A stretch of 64,000 nucleotides of DNA from Syntrophales bacterium (GCA_040767195.1 JAXGPA010000001.1:256001-320000), one strand, 5' to 3'. Numbered from the stretch's first letter, positions 19,529 through 30,238 are shown. Notes: generated by a model not told the origin, from the sequence alone. Made by a program: numbers and translations.

Positions 19529-20973
19529 AGCCAGCCAAGATCCTCTTCATCCTCGGGGCTTTCCTTTTCTTCCTGGGACTCATGATGCTCCTGCCCCTCG
19601 CCTGGTCTCTCGCTTACGGGGACCCGGACGTGGAGGCTTTCGCCGTTTCCATGTTCATCACCTGTTCTTCCGGCGGGTTTCTCTATTTCATCAGCCGTTC
19701 CCCGGGAGAAACCACGCTGAACCATCGGGAAGGCTTTTTCATCGTGGCGGCGGGATGGCTTCTCGCCGGAATTGTCGGCAGCCTCCCCTACCTCATTCAC
19801 GGGGTCATTCCGGGATTCACCGACGCCTTCTTCGAGTCCGTCTCGGGATTCACCACCACCGGCGCCACCATTCTCACGGGCATCGACGGCCTCCCCCACG
19901 GGATTCTTCTGTGGCGTTCCATGACCCAGTGGCTCGGCGGAATGGGCATCATCATTCTTTCCATCGCCATTCTTCCTCTTCTCGGTGTCGGCGGCATGCA
20001 GCTCTACAAGGCGGAAATGCCGAGCCCCGTCAAGGACAAGCTCACCCCGCGGATCACCGAAACGGCCCGGACCCTCTGGAGCGTCTATGTCATTCTGTCC
20101 ACGGCCGAATTCGTTCTTCTTCTCTTCGGGGGTCTCGATCCCTTCGAAGCCCTCTGTCACACCTTCTGCACCATGGCCACCGGCGGCTTCTCCACCCACG
20201 ACGCCAGCATAGCCTACTTCCACAGCCCCTATGTGGACGGCGTCATCACCCTTTTCATGATCATCGCCGGGGTCAATTTCACCCTTCACCACGCCCTCCT
20301 GCTCGGGGATTTCCGTTCCGTTTTCAAAAACGGCGAGCTTCGATTCTATCTGGTCCTTCTTCTCGCGGGAACGCTTCTGGTGACCTTCGACCTCTGGAAG
20401 GCGGTCTTCGACGGCCTCGTGGAAAGCTTCCGTTACGCCCTCTTCCAGGTGGTTTCCATCATGACGACCACGGGATTCGTCACGGACAATTACGCGAACT
20501 GGCCCGGCCTTTCCCGGTTCATCCTCATCCTGCTCATGTTCGTCGGCGGTTCGGCGGGATCCACGGGGGGAAGCATCAAGTGCCTCCGGATTCTTCTCAT
20601 ATTCAAGCACAGTTCCATGGAACTCTACCGCCTCGTTCATCCCCACGCCGTCTCCGCCGTCAAGCTCGGAAAGCGGATCGTCTACCCCGAGACCATGGCC
20701 AGCATCTGGGGTTTCTTCATTCTCTATCTTTCCATGACCGTCACCGCCACGATCCTCCTTCTCCTTTTCGGGCTGGACCCCCTGACGGCCTTTTCCTCCG
20801 TCGCCGCCACCATGGGTAACGTGGGACCCGGTTTCGGTCTCGTCAACCCGTCGTCCACCTACGCGGACCTTCCCGGTCCCGTCAAGGGGATCCTGTCTTT
20901 CTGCATGATCGCCGGAAGGCTCGAAATATACACGATTCTCGTTCTTCTCACCCCCGAATTCTGGAAAAAATAG
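19525..20973 (+). CDS. trkH: Trk potassium uptake membrane subunit
   Basis: SGFTTTG, TGGFS, TTTGF and GNVGPG selectivity-filter motifs; GRLEI. Confidence 0.95.
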   Translation: MKPAKILFILGAFLFFLGLMMLLPLAWSLAYGDPDVEAFAVSMFITCSSGGFLYFISRSPGETTLNHREGFFIVAAGWLLAGIVGSLPYLIHGVIPGFTDAFFESVSGFTTTGATILTGIDGLPHGILLWRSMTQWLGGMGIIILSIAILPLLGVGGMQLYKAEMPSPVKDKLTPRITETARTLWSVYVILSTAEFVLLLFGGLDPFEALCHTFCTMATGGFSTHDASIAYFHSPYVDGVITLFMIIAGVNFTLHHALLLGDFRSVFKNGELRFYLVLLLAGTLLVTFDLWKAVFDGLVESFRYALFQVVSIMTTTGFVTDNYANWPGLSRFILILLMFVGGSAGSTGGSIKCLRILLIFKHSSMELYRLVHPHAVSAVKLGKRIVYPETMASIWGFFILYLSMTVTATILLLLFGLDPLTAFSSVAATMGNVGPGFGLVNPSSTYADLPGPVKGILSFCMIAGRLEIYTILVLLTPEFWKK

Positions 20974-21135
20974 GATTGAAAGAAGGGGGATTAAATGATA
21001 ATCCCAAGCGGTGGGAGAAAAGACCCCGGGACAGCGGTCTAAACGCCCGGAAACCCAGACCGAGCCGCCCCTTCCTGAAAAAATTGCCCGACGGCTCCGT
21101 GAAAAAAAGCCAGAGTGAAAAAGAGGGAAACCGCC

Positions 21136-23721
21136 ATGGAGAGGAAATACACGCCCCACGCCATCGAGGAAAACTGGCAGAAAACATGGGAGGATCGGAA
21201 AACATTCAAAGTCAGTGAAGATCCGGGGAAGAAAAAGTATTACCTCCTGGAAATGTTCCCATACCCGTCGGGAAAAATCCACATGGGCCATGTCCGGAAC
21301 TACACCATCGGGGACGTGGTGGCCCGATACAAGAAAATGCGGGGGTTCAACGTCCTTCATCCCATGGGGTGGGACGCCTTCGGCATGCCCGCTGAAAACG
21401 CCGCCATTGAGCGGGGCATTCATCCCGCCACGTGGACCAGCGACAACATCGAGGCCATGAAGAAACAGCTGAAACGGATGGGTTTCAGCTACGACTGGGA
21501 CAGGGAACTGGCCACCTGCGACCCCGGCTATTACCGGTGGGAGCAGCTTTTCTTCCTGTGGATGTTCGAGAAGGGGCTCGCCTACAAGAGGGCATCCGTC
21601 GTCAACTGGTGTTCCCAGTGCAAGACCGTCCTGGCCAACGAGCAGGTGGAAAGCGGCGCCTGCTGGCGCTGCGGGACGGAGGTTATCCAGGAACACCTGG
21701 AGCAGTGGTTCTTCCGGATCACCGCCTACGTGGACGAACTTCTCGAATACTGCGATCGGCTGCCCGGCTGGCCCGAACGGGTCCTCACCATGCAGAGGAA
21801 CTGGATCGGCAAAAGCCTCGGCTGTGAAATCGACTTCCCCATGGCGGACGGCCCGGATAAAGCCATCAAGGTCTTTACCACCCGGCAGGACACGATTTTC
21901 GGGGCCACCTTCATGCTCGTCGCGGCAGAACATCCCCTGGTCATGGAACTCGCCCGGGGGAAAGGGGTGGAGCGGGAGGTCCGCGAGTTCGTGGACCGGG
22001 TGAACCGCCAGGACAGGCTCATGCGGACCTCCGATTATTACGAAAAGGAAGGGGTCTTTCTCGACGCCTGGTGCCTCAACCCCGTGACGGGCTGGAAAAT
22101 GCCCATTTACGCGGCCAATTTCGTCCTCGCCGAGTACGGGACGGGCTGCGTCATGGCCGTGCCTACCCATGACCAGAGGGATTTCGAGTTTGCCAGGAAA
22201 TACGGCCTGGATCTCGTCGTGGTCATCGATAACCCCGAGAACCCCCTCGACGCCGGCACCATGACGGAAGCCTACGTGGACGAAGGCATCCTCGTGAATT
22301 CCGGTCCTTTCGACGGCCTTCCGAACATGGAGGCCCTCGACGTGATCGCCGACCATCTCGAATCCCTGGGCCGGGGACGCCGGACCGTTCAGTACCGGCT
22401 CCGGGACTGGGGCATTTCAAGGCAGCGGTACTGGGGCGCCCCCATTCCCGTTGTCTATTGTGAAAAGTGCGGCACCGTCCCCGTTCCCGAGTCGGACCTG
22501 CCCGTTCTTCTGCCCATGGAGGTGGAACTCACCGGCGAGGGCGGCTCCCCGCTGGCCCGGAACGAGGCCTTCGTGAAGGCCGCCTGCCCCGGCTGTGGCG
22601 GCCCCGCCAGGCGGGAAACGGACACCATGGACACCTTCGTCGAGTCCTCCTGGTACTTCGACCGCTTCTGCTGCGCCGACTTCGACGAAAAGCCCGGGCT
22701 CGACAGGGAAAAGGTTTCTTACTGGATGCCCGTGGACCAGTACATCGGCGGCATCGAACATGCCATCCTTCATCTCCTCTATTCCCGGTTTTACACGAAA
22801 ATGCTCCGGGACTTCGGTGTCCTCGACTTCGACGAGCCCTTTCTGAACCTTCTCACCCAGGGCATGGTGTGCAAGGAAACCATGCGTTGCAAAAAGCACG
22901 GCTATCTTTACCCGGACCAGGTGAAAAACGACCGGTGCACCCTCTGCGACGGCCCCGTTCAGATCGGGAAAACGGAAAAAATGTCCAAATCCCTGAAGAA
23001 CGTCGTCGATCCCGATTATCTGATCGGGGAATACGGTGCCGACACGGCCCGTCTTTTCTGCCTCTTTGCCTCTCCCCCGGAGAAGGACCTGGAATGGAGT
23101 GACCAGGGCGTGGAAGGGGCCTTTCGTTTTCTGGGAAGAGTCTGGCGGCTGGTCATGGATTATGTCGATGAGATCCGGGAGCTGCCTCCTTCGACGGCGT
23201 GGGGCGATCTCCCCGAGGATCTGAAAAGCCTTCGAAGAAAAACACACCAGACGATCCGGAAAGTCACGGAGGACATCGAGCAGCGATTCCACTTCAATAC
23301 GGCCATCAGCGCTGTCATGGAACTCGTGAACGCCCTTTACCAGTTCCCCCGCCCTTCCAACGACGACACCCGGGCCCTGGCCCTCGTCGGGGAAGCTGTC
23401 CGCACGGTGATCATCCTTCTGAATCCCTTCGTTCCCCACATGACGGAAGAGCTGTGGCGGATTCTCGGCGGCACCGCGGCGCTTTCCGAATCCCCCTGGC
23501 CTTCCTTCGATGCCGACGCCGCCCAGGACGAGGAAATCACCATCGTCATTCAGATCAATGGAAAACTCCGAAGCCGGCTCGTGGTTCCCGCCGACGAAAG
23601 GGATGAGGCCATCAAGGAACGGGCCCTTCAGGACGAAGCGGCGAAAAGGTTCATCGAGGGAAAAACGGTGCGGAAAGTGATTTACGTTCCCAAGAAGCTG
23701 GTCAACATCGTCGTAGCGTGA
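21136..23721 (+). CDS. leuS: Leucine--tRNA ligase
   Basis: [24 protein letters not shown] and KMSKS motifs. Confidence 0.98.
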   Translation: MERKYTPHAIEENWQKTWEDRKTFKVSEDPGKKKYYLLEMFPYPSGKIHMGHVRNYTIGDVVARYKKMRGFNVLHPMGWDAFGMPAENAAIERGIHPATWTSDNIEAMKKQLKRMGFSYDWDRELATCDPGYYRWEQLFFLWMFEKGLAYKRASVVNWCSQCKTVLANEQVESGACWRCGTEVIQEHLEQWFFRITAYVDELLEYCDRLPGWPERVLTMQRNWIGKSLGCEIDFPMADGPDKAIKVFTTRQDTIFGATFMLVAAEHPLVMELARGKGVEREVREFVDRVNRQDRLMRTSDYYEKEGVFLDAWCLNPVTGWKMPIYAANFVLAEYGTGCVMAVPTHDQRDFEFARKYGLDLVVVIDNPENPLDAGTMTEAYVDEGILVNSGPFDGLPNMEALDVIADHLESLGRGRRTVQYRLRDWGISRQRYWGAPIPVVYCEKCGTVPVPESDLPVLLPMEVELTGEGGSPLARNEAFVKAACPGCGGPARRETDTMDTFVESSWYFDRFCCADFDEKPGLDREKVSYWMPVDQYIGGIEHAILHLLYSRFYTKMLRDFGVLDFDEPFLNLLTQGMVCKETMRCKKHGYLYPDQVKNDRCTLCDGPVQIGKTEKMSKSLKNVVDPDYLIGEYGADTARLFCLFASPPEKDLEWSDQGVEGAFRFLGRVWRLVMDYVDEIRELPPSTAWGDLPEDLKSLRRKTHQTIRKVTEDIEQRFHFNTAISAVMELVNALYQFPRPSNDDTRALALVGEAVRTVIILLNPFVPHMTEELWRILGGTAALSESPWPSFDADAAQDEEITIVIQINGKLRSRLVVPADERDEAIKERALQDEAAKRFIEGKTVRKVIYVPKKLVNIVVA

Positions 23722-23795
23722 TGGTTCCCGCCGCCAGGCTCCTTCCGTTGAAAGGTCCCCGTCGTGGCGCCCGCCCCGGGACGTTCCGTAAAGCC

Positions 23796-24338
23796 ATGAA
23801 GAAAAAGGCCGAAAAAGCGCTCATACGCACGGCCGCTTTTTTTTTCATCCTGTGCCTGTCCGTTTCCGGAGGCTGCGGATACCGTTTCGCTCCCGAAGAA
23901 ACCGGGATCGACCCATCCTTCAGGTCCGTTTTCGTTTCACCCTTTCCCAATCGAACGGACGAGCCCGCCCTGGGAAACATCCTTCGGGAGGCCATGATCC
24001 TCGAGTTGCGCAGGGGAAACCGTTTTCAGCTTGCCGCCGGGAGGACGGAAGCGGACCTGCTGCTGCGGTGTCGCATCAGGTCGTACGAAACCTATCCCGT
24101 TTCTTACGGTGAAGGGAACTTTGCCCGGGAAAACCGCATCAGGCTGTCGGTGGATCTGGTCCTCGAAAAACGCCGGGACGGCGCCGTCCTGTGGTCCGGA
24201 GAAAACCAGTCGGGAACGGAAACCTATGTTGTCAACCGCGACACCCGCCGGACGGAACAAAACCGCCGGGCGGCCCTGAAGGAACTGGCCGAAAACCTGG
24301 CGGAACGGGCCTGCCGGCTGATGGCCTCAGGATTCTGA
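23796..24338 (+). CDS. lptE: LPS assembly lipoprotein LptE-like
   Basis: Hydrophobic signal ending GGCGYRF, FPNRT motif, position after leuS; start uncertain (23718-23796). Confidence 0.8.
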   Translation: MKKKAEKALIRTAAFFFILCLSVSGGCGYRFAPEETGIDPSFRSVFVSPFPNRTDEPALGNILREAMILELRRGNRFQLAAGRTEADLLLRCRIRSYETYPVSYGEGNFARENRIRLSVDLVLEKRRDGAVLWSGENQSGTETYVVNRDTRRTEQNRRAALKELAENLAERACRLMASGF

Positions 24339-24605
24339 GGTTTCGGTGAGGGCGTTCACGCGCCGCGTCAGGCGGGAAATCTTTCGAGCGGCGTTATTTT
24401 TGTGAAGAACGCCTTTCGACGAGGCTTTGCCGATAAGTGAAATCGCCGTCTTGAGGGACGCAACGGACTCGGAACGGTCTTTATCCTCGACGGCCTTGAG
24501 AACGGCCTTGACCCGCGTTTTAACCTGAGACTTCACCGAGGCGTTGCGGGCCCGTTTCTTTTCCGACTGGCGATTCCGTTTGATCGCTGATTTGTGGTTA
24601 GCCAA
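24327..24605 (-). CDS. rpsT: 30S ribosomal protein S20
   Basis: (M)ANHKSAIKRNRQ...KGVLHKNNAARKISRL; TTG start after GGAGG. Confidence 0.96.
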   Translation of the reverse strand: MANHKSAIKRNRQSEKKRARNASVKSQVKTRVKAVLKAVEDKDRSESVASLKTAISLIGKASSKGVLHKNNAARKISRLTRRVNALTETSES

Positions 24606-24828
24606 GAACATCCTCCTTCATTCGTCGTCATCCGGAATTTCATGAGAGCGAAAACATCTATATCACTTTCCCGGTCCTGTCAAGATTAAAACGGATGGAA
24701 ACAAGGGCAGGCAAACGCCCGGCAGGAAAAAAATCCCGAAGGCACGTTGCAATTCCACCGATTCAATCGTATAAGGGGGCCATGGTTCGGAATATCACAG
24801 AAGCCCTGCTTCGTAACGGGAGAATCCC

Positions 24829-25668
24829 ATGATCGTCCGCTGCTGGGGAGCCCGCGGTTCCATCCCCGTATCGGGAAGCGCCTATCTCCGGTATGGCGGG
24901 GACACGACGGCCCTGGAAATCCGAAGCCGGGACAACGACATCATCCTCGTCGACGCCGGCTCGGGCCTGCGCCGCCTCGGGAATCAGCTCATGACGGAGA
25001 CGTCTTCCCGTTATGTCATGATTTTCACCCATGCCCACTGGGATCATCTCATGGGGTTTCCTTTCTTCAAGCCCCTTTACCTGTCCCGGACGGAGGTCGA
25101 CGTTTACGGCTGCTCCTACACCGGCGATTCCCTTGGCCGGATGATCTCACGGGTCATGGAGGCCCCCTATTTCCCCGTAGCGTTCCGTGACATCAAGGGG
25201 CGGATCGCCTTTCACGAGATCTGCCGTCATCCCTTCTCCATCGGACCGGTCACGGTCACCCCAATCCCCCTCAGCCACCCGAACCAGGGACTGGGTTTCC
25301 GTTTCGAGGAAGGGGGCAGGCGATTCGTTTTCCTGACGGACAATGAACTTTCCCACAGTCACCCGGGAGCCCTTTCCTTCGAGGCCTACAGGGACTTCTC
25401 ACGGGGGGCGGACCTTCTCATCCACGACGCCGAGTTCACCGAAGAGGAATATGAGAAAACGAGGACCTGGGGACACTCCACGTACCAAGACGCCCTTCGC
25501 CTCGCCCTGGCCGCCGGCGTCAGGAACCTCGGGCTCTTCCACCACAATCAGGACAGAACGGACAACGCCCTGGACGGAATCATCACGAACTGCCGGAGGA
25601 TCATCGAGGAAAAGAACGGGGCACTGGACTGTTTCGCCCTCTCCCAGACAACGGAGATCCATCTTTGA
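24829..25668 (+). CDS. MBL-fold metallo-hydrolase (phosphodiesterase-like)
   Basis: WGARGS, YGGDT, DAGSG, THAHWDH, HDAEF, WGHS and LFHH motifs. Confidence 0.9.
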   Translation: MIVRCWGARGSIPVSGSAYLRYGGDTTALEIRSRDNDIILVDAGSGLRRLGNQLMTETSSRYVMIFTHAHWDHLMGFPFFKPLYLSRTEVDVYGCSYTGDSLGRMISRVMEAPYFPVAFRDIKGRIAFHEICRHPFSIGPVTVTPIPLSHPNQGLGFRFEEGGRRFVFLTDNELSHSHPGALSFEAYRDFSRGADLLIHDAEFTEEEYEKTRTWGHSTYQDALRLALAAGVRNLGLFHHNQDRTDNALDGIITNCRRIIEEKNGALDCFALSQTTEIHL

Positions 25669-26441
25669 GCGTTTTTTTACGAATCGTTCCTCCCTTCGTC
25701 CTGGCCTTCCTGTTCCTTTTTCCCCTGTCCCGGGACGGGGCGGAGAATGCAGCTTTTCCCTCACCTCGGGGCGCGGTCAACGATTTTGCCGGAATTATCC
25801 CCGCTCCCTACCGGGAGGCCATGGAGCGGCTGGCCGGGGAACTGCTTTCAAAAACGGGAGCCGCCGTTGTGGTCGCCACGGTTCCCTCCACGAAAGGGGA
25901 AAATCCCGACGAATACGCCAACAAGCTCTATGAAGCCTGGGGCATCGGCAGAAAAGGAGACGACCGGGGCGTCCTCGTTTTCCTGGCCCTGGAAGAAAGA
26001 AGAATACGGATCGAGACGGGTTACGGCCTGGAAGGTCTCCTCCCGGACGGTCTCGTGGGCTCCCTGATCGACACGGCGATTCTCCCCGACCTGAAAAAAG
26101 GCGCCTATGGTCCGGGGCTTTTCAAGGGCATGGAAGCCCTAGCGGACGTCATCGCCCGCGACGCCGGGATCTCCCTGTCATCGGAACCGCCGCCGGCGGC
26201 CGTCCCATCCCCCCGGACGGGGGAAAGAGGAGACGGCCTCTCTCCTTTCCTCCTGCTTTTTCTTTTCTTTCTCCTTCTCGGAACGAGGCGGGGAAGAGGC
26301 ATGCTCCCCTACATTCTTCTTTTCACTTTGGGTGGTGGTGGCCGGGGACCCGCTTCCGGCGGGTTCGGCGGGTTCGGCGGCGGGTTCGGCGGGTTCGGCG
26401 GCGGCCTGAGCGGGGGCGGGGGCGCCGGCAGGAGTTTCTGA
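25665..26441 (+). CDS. TPM-domain membrane protein (YgcG-like) with Gly-rich tail
   Basis: VNDFAGII, WGIG..DDRGVL, RIETGYGLEG.LPD, a TM helix and the GGFGGFGGG..GGGGAGRSF tail. Confidence 0.9.
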   Translation: MSVFLRIVPPFVLAFLFLFPLSRDGAENAAFPSPRGAVNDFAGIIPAPYREAMERLAGELLSKTGAAVVVATVPSTKGENPDEYANKLYEAWGIGRKGDDRGVLVFLALEERRIRIETGYGLEGLLPDGLVGSLIDTAILPDLKKGAYGPGLFKGMEALADVIARDAGISLSSEPPPAAVPSPRTGERGDGLSPFLLLFLFFLLLGTRRGRGMLPYILLFTLGGGGRGPASGGFGGFGGGFGGFGGGLSGGGGAGRSF

Positions 26442-26479
26442 CCCCGAAACACCGCTGATCCTCGGAGGATGACGGAATA

Positions 26480-27211
26480 ATGACAAAAACAAAGACACCG
26501 GAATCCCTCTTTCCGGAAATAACGGCGCAGATGAAAAACCTCTTCGGCGACGGACTGCTGTCCCTCACCCTTTACGGCAGCGCGGCGACTCCCGACTACC
26601 GCCCCGGAAAGTCGGACATCAATTTCCTCGCCGTTCTTTCCGACGAGGCGAAAAAAGCACTGGCCCGCGTGGTGCCCTTGGTCAGGCCGTGGAAGAAAAA
26701 AGGCATGGCCGTCCCTCTTTTCATGACGGAAAGGGAGATCCGGGCCTCCCTTGACGTGTTTCCCCTGGAATTTCTCACGATGCAGAAACATCACGTACCC
26801 GTCTTCGGAAACGACCTCCTGGGAAGCCTCGACTTCCGCAAGGACCACGTCCGGCTTCAGTGCGAACGGGATCTTCGGGGCAAACTCCTCCTTCTTCGGA
26901 GCGGTTTCCTCGATTCGCTGGGAAAGGCAGGGGACCTGCGACGGCTCATCGGCGCCTCCATGACCGCTTTCGTTTCCATCTTTCAAGGGATCCTCTTCCT
27001 CAGGGACCGGCCCATCCCGGACACGCGGCGGGAAATCATCGCGGAAACGGCCCGGGACCTGTCCCTGGACGGGTCCATCTTTTTCAAGTGCCTGGAAATC
27101 CGGGAAGGGACACTTCGCCTTTCCGAAAATGAGACGACGGAAATTTTCACACGGTATCTCGGGGCCGTCGAGGCCCTCGCCGAGAGGATGGATCGTAACG
27201 GCGGGCTCTGA
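26480..27211 (+). CDS. Pol-beta-type nucleotidyltransferase-fold protein with helical C-terminal domain
   Basis: LTLYGSAATPDYRPGKSDINFLAVL (hGS..D-x-N), SLDVFPLEF, LQCERDLRGKLLLLR. Confidence 0.75.
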   Translation: MTKTKTPESLFPEITAQMKNLFGDGLLSLTLYGSAATPDYRPGKSDINFLAVLSDEAKKALARVVPLVRPWKKKGMAVPLFMTEREIRASLDVFPLEFLTMQKHHVPVFGNDLLGSLDFRKDHVRLQCERDLRGKLLLLRSGFLDSLGKAGDLRRLIGASMTAFVSIFQGILFLRDRPIPDTRREIIAETARDLSLDGSIFFKCLEIREGTLRLSENETTEIFTRYLGAVEALAERMDRNGGL

Positions 27212-27262
27212 AGGCCCGCCGGGGGTGAATGAACGACTGACCCGTTTCAAGGAGGTTCGACC

Positions 27263-27838
27263 ATGAGCAGAGGAATGAAATCCTTTCTCGTTTTTGCGGC
27301 TGTCATCGCCCTGTTGGCGCTTCTTTCCTATTCCTTCGTCAAGAATACCTACAACGACTTCGTCTCCCTGGACGAGGCCGTCCGGGCCGCCTGGGCCCAG
27401 GTGGACAATCAGCTTCAGCGCCGGTATGACCTGATCCCGAACCTGGTCGAAACGGTCAAGGGGTTCGCCAGTCAGGAGCAGCAGGTCTTCATCGAGGTGA
27501 CGAAGGCCCGTTCCCAGGTGGGGAGCGCCGGCACCGTCCCGGAAAAGATCGCGGCGAACAACGAGCTCACTTCGGCCCTCAGCCGGCTTCTTCTCGTCGT
27601 GGAGCGTTACCCTGACCTCAAGTCGAACGAGAATTTCATGAAACTTCAGGACGAACTTGCGGGAACGGAAAACCGGATCGCCGTGGAAAGAAGACGGTAC
27701 AACGAAGCCGTCAGAACCTACAACGTCCGGATACGCAGTTTTCCCGCCAATCTCCTGGCGGGGTTTTTCGGCTTCGACAAGCAGCCTTTTTACGAGGTCC
27801 CCGAGGCCGCCCGGGCGGTTCCCGAAGTCCGGTTCTGA
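27263..27838 (+). CDS. lemA: LemA family protein
   Basis: N-terminal TM, WAQVDNQLQRRYDLIPNLV, ERYPDLKSN and ENRIAVERRRYN motifs. Confidence 0.95.
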   Translation: MSRGMKSFLVFAAVIALLALLSYSFVKNTYNDFVSLDEAVRAAWAQVDNQLQRRYDLIPNLVETVKGFASQEQQVFIEVTKARSQVGSAGTVPEKIAANNELTSALSRLLLVVERYPDLKSNENFMKLQDELAGTENRIAVERRRYNEAVRTYNVRIRSFPANLLAGFFGFDKQPFYEVPEAARAVPEVRF

Positions 27839-27991
27839 AAGGCCCCCCGGTGTAACCGGGACCCCCCCCTGGTGACGCAGGAGAACGACCGATGCCGTCT
27901 CATGGGACTTTTTGACGCCCCCGGGGTTGATTCACCGGGATGCGTGATTATATTGCCAGGGTAAGATAAGAAAGGAAGAATAAACATCCCC

Positions 27992-28321
27992 ATGGGACAG
28001 GTTTTGATCAGCCGATTTCCCCAGGCCGTGACCCGGTGCCGCTCCTGCGGCAAACGGGAAGGTGAAGACGGGGACAGGTTCATCCACACCTTCGACGAAC
28101 TCAAGGATATGACGCCGGAAGAGAAAAAGGCCCTGGAGTGGTTTTCTCTCAGGATCGAGTTGGAAGAGACGACGAAAACGGTTCTCGTTCCCGATGTCAA
28201 TTCCCGTGAGGATATGATTCATCTGTTTGTTTTCGAGAATCTTCTGGAGAGGCTTCTTCGGAACAAGCCGATCTGCCAGACCTGCTATGACCGGAAAAGG
28301 GCCCTGCCTCTTCCCATGTAA
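27992..28321 (+). CDS. Hypothetical protein with two CxxC pairs
   Basis: 109 aa, plausible codon usage, CRSC and CQTC; fills an otherwise empty gap. Confidence 0.6.
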   Translation: MGQVLISRFPQAVTRCRSCGKREGEDGDRFIHTFDELKDMTPEEKKALEWFSLRIELEETTKTVLVPDVNSREDMIHLFVFENLLERLLRNKPICQTCYDRKRALPLPM

Positions 28322-28346
28322 AGGGGACGCCGGGCCAGGCGGCCCG

Positions 28347-29588
28347 TCAGGCAAGCGGTCTGCCGGGCACGGAAAAGACACCGTCTTCGTACACCAGGAT
28401 CTCCCGTCCCGTTTCCAGGCGGGCGGTGACCGTCTTCGGCTCCGTGTTCACCAGGTCCCAGTGAAGCGCCGAGTCGTTGAACCCCAGAGATCGCTTCATG
28501 CTCTTCGTCAGGCGGGACGGGTCACCGGCGTAGGTGTCGCTGTAAGATGATCCCAGGGCCACATGGCAGTTGCCGTGAGACCCGCCGAAGTTCTCGTCGA
28601 AAAGGGTATCGGCCATGAAACGGTCGATCCGGGAAAAACGCCGGTCCGTCAGGGAAAACTCGCCGATCCGGCAGGCCCCCCGGTCCATGTCCACCTGCTT
28701 TTTGACAAACGCCTCCCCTTTTGCGGCGGACACCTCCACCACCCGGCCTTCCCGAAAGACGAGCCGCACCCCTTCCACGTAATTTCCGCTCCGATAGGAA
28801 GGCTGATCGGCGAAATAGGTCCCTTCCGTTCCCCGCCAGTCCGGTGACAGGAAGATTTCAAAGCTGGGGATATTGTGTCCCGAGATGCCGATCCACCGTC
28901 GCATCTTTCCCGGTGTGATGGTCAGGTCCGTCGACGCCGACCGGACCCGGAAAGAGGCGACGTCGAGACCGTTCAACCATTTCTTGATCCTGGAAACCTT
29001 CCCGTAGACGGCTTTCCACTCCGCCACGGGTTCGTCCCGGTCAAGGTAGCAGGCCTTCACAATCTGCTCCCGGTACGCCCCGATGCTCATCCCGGCGTGT
29101 TCAGCCAGTTTTTCCGTTGGAAAGGTGCACAGGGTCCACCCGAATACCCCCTGTTCCTCCCGTTTTTCGAGAATTTCCCGCAGGGGTTTCCGGGCCACCA
29201 GGGCCTTCCCGATCCGTTTCGGGTCCACATGGCTCAGGTGGGTCAGGGAGTCGGGACTGTGGAGATAAACGCTCCCGTTCAGGTTCTCGAAGAGTTCCCT
29301 GTCCCCGGGAGGGACGAAGACGAGCTGCCGGGACCCGGCGCTGTCGAAGAAACTCTTCTCCATTTTCGGCGTCAGGCCCATGCGGACGAGGACATTCAGG
29401 CCCCGCTTCAGGAGTTTCTCGTGGAGAATCTCCGCGAGCGCCAGGGCCGGGCGGTCGAAGCGGACGAGGACCGTTTCGTTTTTCCGGAATTTTTGATCCC
29501 GCGCCGTTGAAAGACCCCACAGGAGGACATCGGCATATCTTTCCAGGTGTTTTTCCGTCAGTTCCATGGCTCGTGGCTTCGCCGTCAT
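28347..29588 (-). CDS. M29 family aminopeptidase (thermophilic metalloprotease)
   Basis: NIPSFEIF, GEFSL, TLFDENFGG, HVALG and NDSALHWDLV motifs. Confidence 0.9.
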   Translation of the reverse strand: MTAKPRAMELTEKHLERYADVLLWGLSTARDQKFRKNETVLVRFDRPALALAEILHEKLLKRGLNVLVRMGLTPKMEKSFFDSAGSRQLVFVPPGDRELFENLNGSVYLHSPDSLTHLSHVDPKRIGKALVARKPLREILEKREEQGVFGWTLCTFPTEKLAEHAGMSIGAYREQIVKACYLDRDEPVAEWKAVYGKVSRIKKWLNGLDVASFRVRSASTDLTITPGKMRRWIGISGHNIPSFEIFLSPDWRGTEGTYFADQPSYRSGNYVEGVRLVFREGRVVEVSAAKGEAFVKKQVDMDRGACRIGEFSLTDRRFSRIDRFMADTLFDENFGGSHGNCHVALGSSYSDTYAGDPSRLTKSMKRSLGFNDSALHWDLVNTEPKTVTARLETGREILVYEDGVFSVPGRPLA

Positions 29589-29598
29589 GGTTTTCTCC

Positions 29599-30171
29599 CT
29601 AAAAACGCAAAGGTTTGCAGAGCACTTCCCGGACCCTCAAGTCGAAAAACCGGCAGCTGTTGGCGGGCCTCAGGACCAGGGCCGTGTCCACCCCCTCCTC
29701 GGTACCCCCCATGGAGACGCAGTCCTCGTCGGTCCGGAGAAGGCCCGCGTCGGCGGCCATGAGGGCGATCTCGACGGCCACCTTCGTTCCCTGTCCGAAT
29801 ATTCGAAGGGTACTGGCCATGATCTCGTCCACCTGGTAGGTGGCCAGCTTGTTCCGGATCCCCCGCCCGACACCTCCGAAGGCGTGCTGCCCCGTGAAAA
29901 CGGAAACCCCCTTTTCTTCCAGGGCCTTCCGGGTTTCCGCCGGCATTTCCTGGACGTTGGGCTTGGAAAATCCCGCCATGTGGGTGACAACGACGAGACG
30001 GGGCGGACCGGGACCGAGAACGTCCAGGGCTTCCAGGGCCGTGCCGCCGCCGCAGGAGGGGACGACGACCGCGGCGATATGCCCCTCGCGGACCCGCTCG
30101 GAAACCCGTTGCAGAACCGCCCGGGTGTTTTCGGGGCCGGGCTTTTCAAAATACCGGCAGGACCGTTCCAT
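29599..30171 (-). CDS. Pyruvate-kinase C-terminal-like (alpha/beta) domain protein
   Basis: YFEKPGPENT, VVVTH..GF, FGQGTKVAVEIALMAADAG, GGT..GVDTA and EVLCKP motifs. Confidence 0.85.
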   Translation of the reverse strand: MERSCRYFEKPGPENTRAVLQRVSERVREGHIAAVVVPSCGGGTALEALDVLGPGPPRLVVVTHMAGFSKPNVQEMPAETRKALEEKGVSVFTGQHAFGGVGRGIRNKLATYQVDEIMASTLRIFGQGTKVAVEIALMAADAGLLRTDEDCVSMGGTEEGVDTALVLRPANSCRFFDLRVREVLCKPLRF

Positions 30172-30238
30172 GGGATCCCTCCGTTCACCATCGATCACCC
30201 CGCATCTACCACAGGACGGCCATGGGGAAAACCTTTTT

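Noticed and set aside
20974..21135. T-box or c-di-GMP riboswitch upstream of leuS
   Set aside because: No GGTGGNACCGCG T-box sequence and no GGCAAA/GACGCAAAG core
26357..26402. GGCGGGTTC tandem repeat
   Set aside because: Encodes the ordinary GGF Gly-rich tail of TPM proteins; not CRISPR or a contingency repeat
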